Origin: Thermovirgaceae bacterium
GTDB lineage: Bacteria > Synergistota > Synergistia > Synergistales > Thermovirgaceae
Direction: 5' to 3'
NCBI GenBank assembly: GCA_040767805.1
Contig: JAXGNU010000004.1
Coordinates: forward strand, 1-64,000
Length of the DNA stretch: 64,000 nucleotides
Shown here: positions 1-8,226 of the stretch, one piece after another
Layout: each line of letters starts with the position of its first letter
Numbering within the stretch: the first letter of the stretch is position 1
The notes under the pieces: generated by a model
The model's input: the letters and a program-made list of their open reading frames with translations, nothing else
The model's database searches: none
Told to the model about the DNA's origin: nothing
Translations under genes and position numbers: made by a program

Positions 1-9
1 ACTTATTGT

Positions 10-38
10 TTGACCAACACAGGAAATAGTTGTAGAAT
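10..38 (+). promoter_or_regulatory. sigma70-type promoter upstream of the MTase-NurA-HerA operon
   Basis: TTGACC(10-15)-17 bp-TAGAAT(33-38). Confidence 0.55.
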
Positions 39-309
39 TGCTTTTTAATATGACATGCATTGGCTGGCAGGGTGATAAATGCCAGGTCAAGTTCGGCTAT
101 TTCCTTAAAAGATACCCGCCGTAAGGAAGGGGAAACGTGAAGGACAGCAGGCATGGTAAGGACTTGCCCGACTCCAGAGGGCCTGTCACCCTAGGGATCA
201 GCAGGAAGGAGCCGGATGAACCAAACAGGTCATTCCAGGCAAGCGTAACCAATCGTGGGGCGTCTCGAACCAGGGCTCCTAAAACAATACAGGGCGGAGC
301 AACTGCGGT

Positions 310-1551
310 ATGGTTGACGAACGTCGCATGCGAGGTCTCCCTGGAAACGAATCAAAAGGGGCGTTGCAGATCCAGGACAGCATAAAGGGGTGTCTTGTCT
401 TTTCCCAGGACAGCGGGCCCGAAAACGGCGACAGCCTATTGCCGGAAGATGTTCAACCACTCATCTTCAGGCTCAATGCCGTGTGCCCTTATTACACGAT
501 GTTCCCACTGGACTTTCCGCTGCAATGCCTAGACAAGGCCGGCAAAAACGACTGGGTCCTTGATCCTTTCTGCGGCCGTGGGACAACGCTATTCGCCGCC
601 CGCCTCCTAGGCCTCGGCTGTGTGGGCATCGATAGTAACCCTATCGCGGCAGCGGTAGCAGCGGCAAAATTGGTGCATACTACGCCTAATGCCGTTGTTG
701 AAAGAGCGAGATCGATCCTGTCAGAGGCATCCGAACCGCTTTCCACCCCCTCCGGTGACTTCTGGGAGCTTTGCTACCACCCCGAAACATTGAGAGAGAT
801 ATGCGTTCTTCGATCCGGACTGATAAAATCCTGTGAGACTGCGGAAGATGTCATGCTCCGCGCGTTGTTGTTGGGGATCCTCCACGGGCCTCGCCAACGC
901 GGGTCGCCGACTTACCTTTCAAACCAAATGCCCCGCACCTACGCGACAAAACCTAGTGCCGCGGTTCGCTACTGGAAGCGCACCGATAATACGGCGCCGC
1001 CACGGGTTAACGTTCTGGACGCGGTAAAACGACGGGCGGGATATTCACTGCGAAAGCTCCCACCTCCTTCCGAAGGGGCCGTCTACTTCGGTGACGCGCG
1101 GGGCTCCGAAGGAATGGTCCCGCCATCCTATAGATTTAACTGGGTCGTGACATCCCCCCCTTATTTCGGCATGCGCACCTACCGCCCTGATCAGTGGCTC
1201 CGCAACTGGTTCCTGGGTGGCGCTGAAAGTGTTGATTATTCTCAGGAAGGCCAGATACCCCATTCTTCTTACAAGTATGCCGAGGGCTTGTCCAAAGTAT
1301 GGAGATCCATTGCAAAGCGGTGCTCTCCCGGCGCCCGCCTTATCATCCGCTACGGCTACCTACCAAGCGTTCCTGTGGATGCCCGAGAAACGCTACGGGC
1401 TTCTTTGAAACTGGCTGGCTCAGGGTGGCGGATCCGGCGATGGGTCGAGGCGGGATCGGCGAATAACGGCAAGAGACAGTCTGAACAGTTTGGCCGCGTT
1501 ATCCGAACGGCGGCGAGCGAGGTGGATGTCTATGCCAGGCTTGAAGTGTGA
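310..1551 (+). CDS. DNA amino-methyltransferase (N4-C/N6-A; SPPY suggests N4-cytosine); true start may be downstream
   Basis: Motif I VLDPFCGRGTT precedes motif IV VTSPPY; N-terminal CPYYTMFP. Confidence 0.85.
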   Translation: MVDERRMRGLPGNESKGALQIQDSIKGCLVFSQDSGPENGDSLLPEDVQPLIFRLNAVCPYYTMFPLDFPLQCLDKAGKNDWVLDPFCGRGTTLFAARLLGLGCVGIDSNPIAAAVAAAKLVHTTPNAVVERARSILSEASEPLSTPSGDFWELCYHPETLREICVLRSGLIKSCETAEDVMLRALLLGILHGPRQRGSPTYLSNQMPRTYATKPSAAVRYWKRTDNTAPPRVNVLDAVKRRAGYSLRKLPPPSEGAVYFGDARGSEGMVPPSYRFNWVVTSPPYFGMRTYRPDQWLRNWFLGGAESVDYSQEGQIPHSSYKYAEGLSKVWRSIAKRCSPGARLIIRYGYLPSVPVDARETLRASLKLAGSGWRIRRWVEAGSANNGKRQSEQFGRVIRTAASEVDVYARLEV

Positions 1552-2711
1552 TCATGTTTAATCCTGACGAACTCCCCGCTTTAAAACAAGCTATCCGTCA
1601 AGCGACCGTCCGTGATCGAAGGTTACTCGATGATCTTCGTTCGGAAGTCCGCGCCCTTGCCGGTGAGGTCAGGGCGATCAACCCTAGGACAACAGCTTCG
1701 GTATCTCTTGTAGCCAGCGACGGCGGGAACAATAAGCTTGTCTTTGACCCATTCCACGTCCAACTGGTACGGGTCGTGGATTCGTACGGAGAGCAACTCT
1801 GCCTTGACGCGGTGACACCGACGACAGACACCGACGAACTGAGTCGCGCCCAGTTCAACGGCGACGGGTCTCCTAGAACTCCTATGGGCCGTCTTATGGC
1901 GGATCTGAATGTTGGCACCTTGAACGACCTTAGCCCCATGATCCCAAGCGGAAGGAAAACGCGAGAGTCCCCCGATGAGGTGTCTCCTACATGGGTCCTT
2001 GTCTATCGTGATCTATGCGAGTGGGCCGCGCTTTATGAACGTATCTGTTACCGTAATTTTGCCACTGACACGCTGCTGGTCAGGGATGGCCTGCTTCGCA
2101 GCAAACTGTTTCAGGGAGAACTCTTCATCCAGTTCAGGAAACGGATAGAAAAGGCCATTGAGAGGATCAGGGAGGAAAATCAACGAAAGGTATACCTCGC
2201 GGGCATCGCGAAGCATAGCAAGGTTTTAGCTCGCTACAACCTAGCCATGGCCCTTGAAGAGACCTTTAAACAGGGATCGCCCCGTTATGTAAGAGTGCCG
2301 AGGGAACTGGAAGCCAAGGCCTATGTTTGGCCCGAGTATGCCCGTGGGTCTGAAGTGGAAGGGGGCGGCGGAGAAGCCCCCAAGTTCGTCGCCGGGGACA
2401 TGTTCCTTGTGCGTTTCGGAGGGCGAAAGGGCGATCCGGTTTGGACGGTCGATATTTTGAGCAGTCAGTCCAAGCAGGCGGCGGAGGTATTCGGATACCT
2501 GCTGTCCGACGCCATCTACGGATTCCCCGTCCCCTTTTACCCGCGTTGTTTACAAAAAGCCCATGAATTTGCAGAGATAGTGGACTTCGATCTCACTATT
2601 CTTCAAGATGAGGTGCTTTCGGCCGTCCGCGGCTTGCTGGAAGAAAAAGAGATCTCCGGATTGGAGGCCTTGCGTCTTCAAAGCGATGTGTCGACAAGGA
2701 GGTACGAATGA
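1548..2711 (+). CDS. NurA-family (RNase H-fold) nuclease
   Basis: ASDGG, LVRDG, GIAKHS and FYPRCLQKAHE motifs; GTGA overlap with the MTase; directly upstream of HerA. Confidence 0.75.
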   Translation: MIMFNPDELPALKQAIRQATVRDRRLLDDLRSEVRALAGEVRAINPRTTASVSLVASDGGNNKLVFDPFHVQLVRVVDSYGEQLCLDAVTPTTDTDELSRAQFNGDGSPRTPMGRLMADLNVGTLNDLSPMIPSGRKTRESPDEVSPTWVLVYRDLCEWAALYERICYRNFATDTLLVRDGLLRSKLFQGELFIQFRKRIEKAIERIREENQRKVYLAGIAKHSKVLARYNLAMALEETFKQGSPRYVRVPRELEAKAYVWPEYARGSEVEGGGGEAPKFVAGDMFLVRFGGRKGDPVWTVDILSSQSKQAAEVFGYLLSDAIYGFPVPFYPRCLQKAHEFAEIVDFDLTILQDEVLSAVRGLLEEKEISGLEALRLQSDVSTRRYE

Positions 2712-4858
2712 AACTCTTTTCACGCGAAACGACGGTTGGGATATTCAGAGGTTTTAGTGAAGGCGGGCTGGAGTTTCACGCAGATATCGTGCTTCCCTAC
2801 AAGAATGAGTTTCAGCGTGCTCCGATGCATGGACAATTCCTCATTGTTCAACTGGAAGACGAGAATGAAGCGGTCCTCGGCCGAATAACCTCGATATCAT
2901 CCCAAGGGCGCCTTGCTTCTTCAGCGGGCGAGGATTACGGCATCCGGGCGGTCTCAGAAGAGCGGCCGATCCCCGAAGACCTCCGGGAACAGTACCTCAA
3001 GTACCTGGTGAAAATGCGAGTCCTGGGCGTGGTTCGTGTTGTCAACGGTGATCTCGTCTTTGCGGCCTCCCATCGCCGCCTGCCGCACGTCGGAAGTAAG
3101 GTGGCCTTTCTGACCGACGATATCTTACGTGAAGTAGCCGGGCACAACATTGAAGACGCGGCCGAAATAGGACATTTCGCACTCGGGGAATTCATCTTCG
3201 CTTCCGGCGACGACCGCCTGGTCCAGGCCCCTTGGATGCAGATAAAAAGCCCACTGGTGATCCCCAAATTCCACGTCCTCGACCTCGTCGCCAGGCGCAC
3301 CCTTGTCTTCGCGAGGGCGGGTTTCGGAAAATCAAACCTTGTAAAACTCTTATTCGCCAACCTCTATCACGATACCCCGACGGTGGAAAAGCGTGGCGGG
3401 AAGCAAGTACCGGTAGGGACCGTTATCTTTGATCCCGACGGCGAGTACTTTTGGCCCGATGATAAAAACCGGCCCGGCCTGTGCGACGTGCCGGAATTGC
3501 AGGACAAAGTTGTTGTTTTTACACCGAAGGAAGGTCCCAGCCCTTTTTACCAGTCCTTCGTAGCCGGGGATATTCGGCTTGATATTCGTCGGTTGCGTCC
3601 GAGCGACGTCATTTCGATCGCCCTGTCACCGGAGAAGCAAGATCAGCAGAACGTCAGAAAGTTGAAAAGCATGAACGATGCCGACTGGCACCAACTCGTC
3701 GACCTGATCCACCGGGACGGGAACGCCGCCGACGGACAAACCGTCAAGGAGCTCCTCAGGCTCGAAGACGGTCAAGATGCCGAAATGGTGGCGGCGAGAG
3801 CCAACATGACCATCGTCGTCAAAATGCTGCACGACCCCAGCAGCCAAATGATGGACATGCTTATCGCAGCTCTCCGAGAGGGCAGAATATGCATTGTCGA
3901 CGTGTCCCAGATGCGGGGTACGCCGGCCCTTGTTCTTTCCGGACTTATCCTGCGACGGATATTCGATCACAACCAGGAAGAATTCACAAAAGCACAGCCT
4001 GAGACCATCCCAGTCATTGCAGTCGTGGAAGAAGCCCAGGCGGTCCTCGGCAGCACGGGGAGTTCCGGAGAAGGACCCTACGTTACCTGGGTCAAGGAAG
4101 GCCGGAAATATGACCTGGGAGCCGTCCTGATCACCCAGCAACCGGGATCGATATCGAGTGAAATCTTGAGCCAGGGCGATAACTGGTTCGCCTTCCATCT
4201 GCTGTCGGCCGGCGATTTAAGAGCCGTTAAGAGCGCCAACGCTCACTTCAGCGATGATATTTTGTCATCCCTCCTGAACGAACCGATCCCCGGCCATGGT
4301 GTTTTTTGGAGCAGCGTCGGCGGGAAGAGTTACCCCATTCCGATACGAGTTCTGTCTTTTGAAGGTCGGTACAAAGCTCATGATCCGCAGTATAACAAGC
4401 CCAAAGCAGACACGGCCGCCGCGAAACTCCATCATCGGTTCAGTGACGCCTTGGACGCCGCGCAACGTTCGGTCACGGCTGATGCCACTCAACCTCCTAC
4501 CCATACTGCTGTGTCCGGAACAGCCTTCGATGAACCTGAAGCAGATGAAAAACAGGACACCCTGGCCACCTACGAGAAGGCCTCTATTGAGGCATTCAAA
4601 AAGAACCGGATTTTTCTTAACCGACTGGAGAAGTATGGCGTTCCTTGGAGAGGTGTCCAGGAAGAATTAAAAAAATCCCTACCGGATGTTCTGTCGGATC
4701 GGGATAATATCGCTTACCACCTAGTCCCAAAAGCAATGACGGCGGTGTTCGGTGAGCAAGAAAAGAGTTGGAAGACGGAGAAGAGACCCCGAAAGAGTGG
4801 GTCAGGGTACACCACTTGGATCGTTATAATCGGCGAAAACGACAAAGGTAATAAATAG
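2708..4858 (+). CDS. HerA/FtsK-family ATPase (DUF87) with N-terminal HAS-barrel-like region and C-terminal extension
   Basis: Walker A FARAGFGKS, IFDPDGEY, Walker B VVEEAQ, KEGRKYDLGAVLITQQP; ATGA overlap with NurA. Confidence 0.88.
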   Translation: MKLFSRETTVGIFRGFSEGGLEFHADIVLPYKNEFQRAPMHGQFLIVQLEDENEAVLGRITSISSQGRLASSAGEDYGIRAVSEERPIPEDLREQYLKYLVKMRVLGVVRVVNGDLVFAASHRRLPHVGSKVAFLTDDILREVAGHNIEDAAEIGHFALGEFIFASGDDRLVQAPWMQIKSPLVIPKFHVLDLVARRTLVFARAGFGKSNLVKLLFANLYHDTPTVEKRGGKQVPVGTVIFDPDGEYFWPDDKNRPGLCDVPELQDKVVVFTPKEGPSPFYQSFVAGDIRLDIRRLRPSDVISIALSPEKQDQQNVRKLKSMNDADWHQLVDLIHRDGNAADGQTVKELLRLEDGQDAEMVAARANMTIVVKMLHDPSSQMMDMLIAALREGRICIVDVSQMRGTPALVLSGLILRRIFDHNQEEFTKAQPETIPVIAVVEEAQAVLGSTGSSGEGPYVTWVKEGRKYDLGAVLITQQPGSISSEILSQGDNWFAFHLLSAGDLRAVKSANAHFSDDILSSLLNEPIPGHGVFWSSVGGKSYPIPIRVLSFEGRYKAHDPQYNKPKADTAAAKLHHRFSDALDAAQRSVTADATQPPTHTAVSGTAFDEPEADEKQDTLATYEKASIEAFKKNRIFLNRLEKYGVPWRGVQEELKKSLPDVLSDRDNIAYHLVPKAMTAVFGEQEKSWKTEKRPRKSGSGYTTWIVIIGENDKGNK

Positions 4859-4968
4859 AACGTGAGGCCACTCTTGATGAAACGGCTATGCAACGATCTT
4901 CACCGCGTTTCACGGTGCTCCATTAAGCATGTGGGACGACCGAATTAAAAACCGCTAAGGAGGAGGCA

Positions 4969-5664
4969 ATGGCAAAAAAATGGATCCATAGAGACCTTAC
5001 TACCGAGGTTAAAGACATCCTGACCCATGCGGAGGCATATCACGCGTACTATTATGAATCAGAAAGGTTTACTGGCCCGTCTTTACATTTTCACTGCCGT
5101 GCAATTGAGGTCCAGCAATCAAACTGGCTGGATGCCCTGGAACTGGCCTATGCAGCGCTGGCATCGTGGGGAATGCACCGCATGGGAACGACCGGTTCAA
5201 AGATGCAATCTTATGAAAAATTTAACAGCACTATCCGTTCCGTCCAAGAGGAAATTGAGAAACTACGACAGAAGGCACCTCACGAATTGACACCATCCGA
5301 TTGGTCCAGTCTGGAAAAAGTCTTCAAAACCATCGATGTAATGGAAAGCGGCACCAAACTTATCGGCAATTCAAAGGCCATGGCGCACATCCTCCCTCGT
5401 CTGGTAGCACCGATTGATAGAGAATATACTCTCAATTACTTGTTTGGGAATAATATGTTCCAAAACAACCTTGAACAAGAGTGGGGTTTAATGCATAAGA
5501 TCCTGTCGGATTTCTATTACCCGGTTGCATCGGATGGATCTTTCCAGCGACTGACCAAAAGATGGATGGCTGATAAAAATTGCCCCTGGGACACTTCGGT
5601 CCTGAAAATAATTGACAACTTAGTGATCGGCGCGGAAAGAACTCATAGGGATGGTGTTCGGTAA
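4969..5664 (+). CDS. Hypothetical protein, possible HhH-GPD-like fold
   Basis: Strong SD AAGGAGG; LASWGMHR and NSKAMAHILPRLVAPID motifs. Confidence 0.6.
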   Translation: MAKKWIHRDLTTEVKDILTHAEAYHAYYYESERFTGPSLHFHCRAIEVQQSNWLDALELAYAALASWGMHRMGTTGSKMQSYEKFNSTIRSVQEEIEKLRQKAPHELTPSDWSSLEKVFKTIDVMESGTKLIGNSKAMAHILPRLVAPIDREYTLNYLFGNNMFQNNLEQEWGLMHKILSDFYYPVASDGSFQRLTKRWMADKNCPWDTSVLKIIDNLVIGAERTHRDGVR

Positions 5665-5980
5665 AAAAGTAATTTCCACTGATCGCGAGAGGCTCTGTCA
5701 GAACATCGAGGCGCGGAGATCATCGAACGTGCGAAGGAACCAGCGAAGGACCAGGCGCTAGGACAAGTTGTCATCCATTTGCGACAAACTCACAACAGGA
5801 CTTGCGACAACCCTACAGGCCCCACGGACGGTAAATGAGCAAAAGTCATCCATAGAGAATTGGTCGCAGGCAGGAGGAAACCTCGAACCAGTAAAACCCA
5901 GGGATGACCCAAGTGGGGGCGCAGCATGGCAGAAGCACGAAAAAATCGAAAACAGCTCCTGCAGGCCGTGGGAGTGTCTT

Positions 5981-6220
5981 ATGCAGATTGATCGAGCCCA
6001 GGGGTGCCTTCTTGGCCAGCTTGCCGGAGATGCCCTAGGCAGCCTCGTGGAGTTCCGGACACCCGACGATATCAGGTGGGAATACCCAGGAGGCGTCCGT
6101 GAACTGGCCAATGGAGGAACTTGGGGAACTATCGCGGGGCAGCCGACCGACGATTCCGAGATGGCCCTTTCGCTGGCCCGCATGCTGGCGGAGCAAGCGG
6201 AACAAACCCAACTTCTTTAA
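5981..6220 (+). pseudogene. Truncated ADP-ribosylglycohydrolase (N-terminal ~79 aa)
   Basis: RAQGCLLGQLAGDALG and GQPTDDSEM motifs, then a stop; full-length members are ~300 aa. Confidence 0.8.
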
Positions 6221-6293
6221 AAAGGATTCGAAGCGACCGAGGGAAAGTACGTATCTTGCCACAGCGTGTTTGACTTAGGACACCTTTTTTACT

Positions 6294-7262
6294 TCATATT
6301 CCTTTATGCTGTCGAACGTTGAGTGCTTTCCACTCAAGCAGTGGCTGTGATCTTATGCGTCGCTGAAGAGACTCGTCAGCGGTCAAAAGCGTAGGGTCGA
6401 TCACTCCCCGGTCAAGCAGTAGATCCAAAAAGTGGTGCTCAGAGTTCGTGAAGGGCAGCAAGGCCGTCAAGCTTTCCCGACATTCCCTCACAAGGCGTGC
6501 CCCGTATTCTGCTGATCTCGATGGGGTCTTTGCTGGATTGGTACGGAGCGTGGGAACCAATTGCTTGACCAATTCCATGGCTTCGAAATCCACATCGTCC
6601 ACGGATATGGTCCTCCAATCCTTCCTGATCATAGCTCCATAGACCACAAATCCTATGCGAAGACGAGACAGATCGAGGTTGCCCATTCGGAGGATCCGAT
6701 GGCTGTCGAACAGGTCTCGAGCCTGTCTGCGAGCAAATAACGCCGCGAGTTTCCCTGCAGCCAGTTCATGTTGATCCAGCAAGGGTATCCCCCTAGCCTG
6801 CCGGGTGCCGATGGGGTGAGAATCGCAGGTCGTAACAGGCCAAAGGGGTAAACGGAACATGTAATTGATATCCACTTCCAGGTTACCGCCCCTGCCGAGA
6901 GCGCTTTCATACCGCAATGACCACTTGCCCCCGGCGTGCTCAACAGGCATCCGCCTGACGATGAAGCCCTCCCGGGCGAAGACTGCATGGACAGCCTGCT
7001 CGACCTTGGGCCGTTCGGCAAGCATGCCGTCACGTTCTTCAATTCCTACGTAGTTCAGATCAATGTCGACGGAGAGCCGGGGAACATCAAAGACGAAAAG
7101 GTTCAAGGCTGTGCCGCCTTTGAGAACCAACTTATCTTTGAGAAATGGGTGGCTTCGCAAGGCCTCCAGTAATCCAAGCAGGTGGGCGACCTTTTCAAGC
7201 ATTTCCGCCCTGAAACCAGTCTCTTCAGCCTCTATGGCGAGCATTTCCGGGGATATCTTCAT
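6294..7262 (-). CDS. abiEii: AbiEii-family nucleotidyltransferase toxin
   Basis: LVLKGGTAL, RLSVDIDL, KLAAL..R.QARDLFD; ATG at 7262 overlaps the antitoxin stop (ATGA). Confidence 0.9.
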   Translation of the reverse strand: MKISPEMLAIEAEETGFRAEMLEKVAHLLGLLEALRSHPFLKDKLVLKGGTALNLFVFDVPRLSVDIDLNYVGIEERDGMLAERPKVEQAVHAVFAREGFIVRRMPVEHAGGKWSLRYESALGRGGNLEVDINYMFRLPLWPVTTCDSHPIGTRQARGIPLLDQHELAAGKLAALFARRQARDLFDSHRILRMGNLDLSRLRIGFVVYGAMIRKDWRTISVDDVDFEAMELVKQLVPTLRTNPAKTPSRSAEYGARLVRECRESLTALLPFTNSEHHFLDLLLDRGVIDPTLLTADESLQRRIRSQPLLEWKALNVRQHKGI

Positions 7263-8065
7263 AGAACCGCCTCCCACGCCCGCTCGACCACTTCCCTGGG
7301 GACCACCAGGTTCCATTCCGACAGGAGGAGGCCGGATGTCCGCCGGGATCGGTCCAGGTAATGCGGTTGCCGGGGCCGCAGAACCTGGAGCTCCTTGAGG
7401 TGGCGGTCCTCCACCATCAATGTTTCGCGGTGCTGTTCCAGAAAAAAGCCCACCTTCGCGGCGGTGGTAGCGTTCCCTAGAAGGAGCGCGTACTCAACAA
7501 CCTTGTCGAGATCGAAGAATTCGACGGACTCCAGCGACCGCCAGATCTCCTCCCAACTTCCCGAAAGGCCGGGGCGATCCAGGACGTCCACCAATGTCCG
7601 CTCGAGGTTCGTGACCCGTAGCCTCATGCCGGCGCGCTCCGCGATCAAAATGTTTATAAACGCTTTCCCCTCGCGGAGGAGGGCTCGGGGGAACCGGGTC
7701 CCTTTGAAAACATGGGAGCGAAACGTCAGGGGCCCCGGCGGCTGGGATGTCGAGTACGTGAGGTGGGTATGAACAGAATAGGCCTTTCCATGGAACTCCA
7801 GCGCCGTATGGTGGGATAACACCGAATCCGGCGTCAGCTTCGAAGCGATGAGGAAAGGATCGACCGGATACGAACCGGCATCGGCCCCCGGCGGGACGAC
7901 GGCATACAGCCCGCGCCGTATCCGAACGACCCGCCCAGCCTTCCGGTAGTACGCCAGTAGCGCCTCCCGCGCTCGACCGCCGACCCCACCGCGGGACAGC
8001 AAGTGTTCTGCCAGATCTTGCCCGGTGAAGACAGGGTGCTTTCGAAAAAACTCATCGTGCTTCAT
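7259..8065 (-). CDS. abiEi: AbiEi-family antitoxin/transcriptional regulator
   Basis: N-terminal wHTH RIRRGLY, SHHTALEFHG, VTNLERTLVD; upstream of AbiEii. Confidence 0.88.
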   Translation of the reverse strand: MKHDEFFRKHPVFTGQDLAEHLLSRGGVGGRAREALLAYYRKAGRVVRIRRGLYAVVPPGADAGSYPVDPFLIASKLTPDSVLSHHTALEFHGKAYSVHTHLTYSTSQPPGPLTFRSHVFKGTRFPRALLREGKAFINILIAERAGMRLRVTNLERTLVDVLDRPGLSGSWEEIWRSLESVEFFDLDKVVEYALLLGNATTAAKVGFFLEQHRETLMVEDRHLKELQVLRPRQPHYLDRSRRTSGLLLSEWNLVVPREVVERAWEAVL

Positions 8066-8075
8066 CTTCAGCTTC

Positions 8076-8190
8076 CTTGACTTTTTATAGGATAACCCAT
8101 AGAAATACTATGGGTTCCATTAATAAATGTCAAGTTAAGCCTGCTTGAGTTGACAATTATAAGTAAAACCCATCTTGTGCTATGGGTTCC
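8076..8190. promoter_or_regulatory. Duplicated palindromic operator upstream of abiEi
   Basis: Two units of TTGAC..AACCCAT-spacer-ATGGGTTCC at ~8077-8118 and ~8150-8190. Confidence 0.65.
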
Positions 8191-8226
8191 GCCCGTCCCT
8201 GTCGGGAACCCCAGCCGGGCCGGGCC

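Noticed and set aside
137..385. 82 aa ORF with an SD-like sequence upstream of the MTase
   Set aside because: No recognisable motif (no HTH of a controller protein) and it overlaps the MTase frame; cannot be supported
4859..4945. Possible integron attC site between HerA and the next gene
   Set aside because: Only a small CACCG/CGGTG hairpin; no matching RYYYAAC/GTTRRRY ends and no integrase in the window
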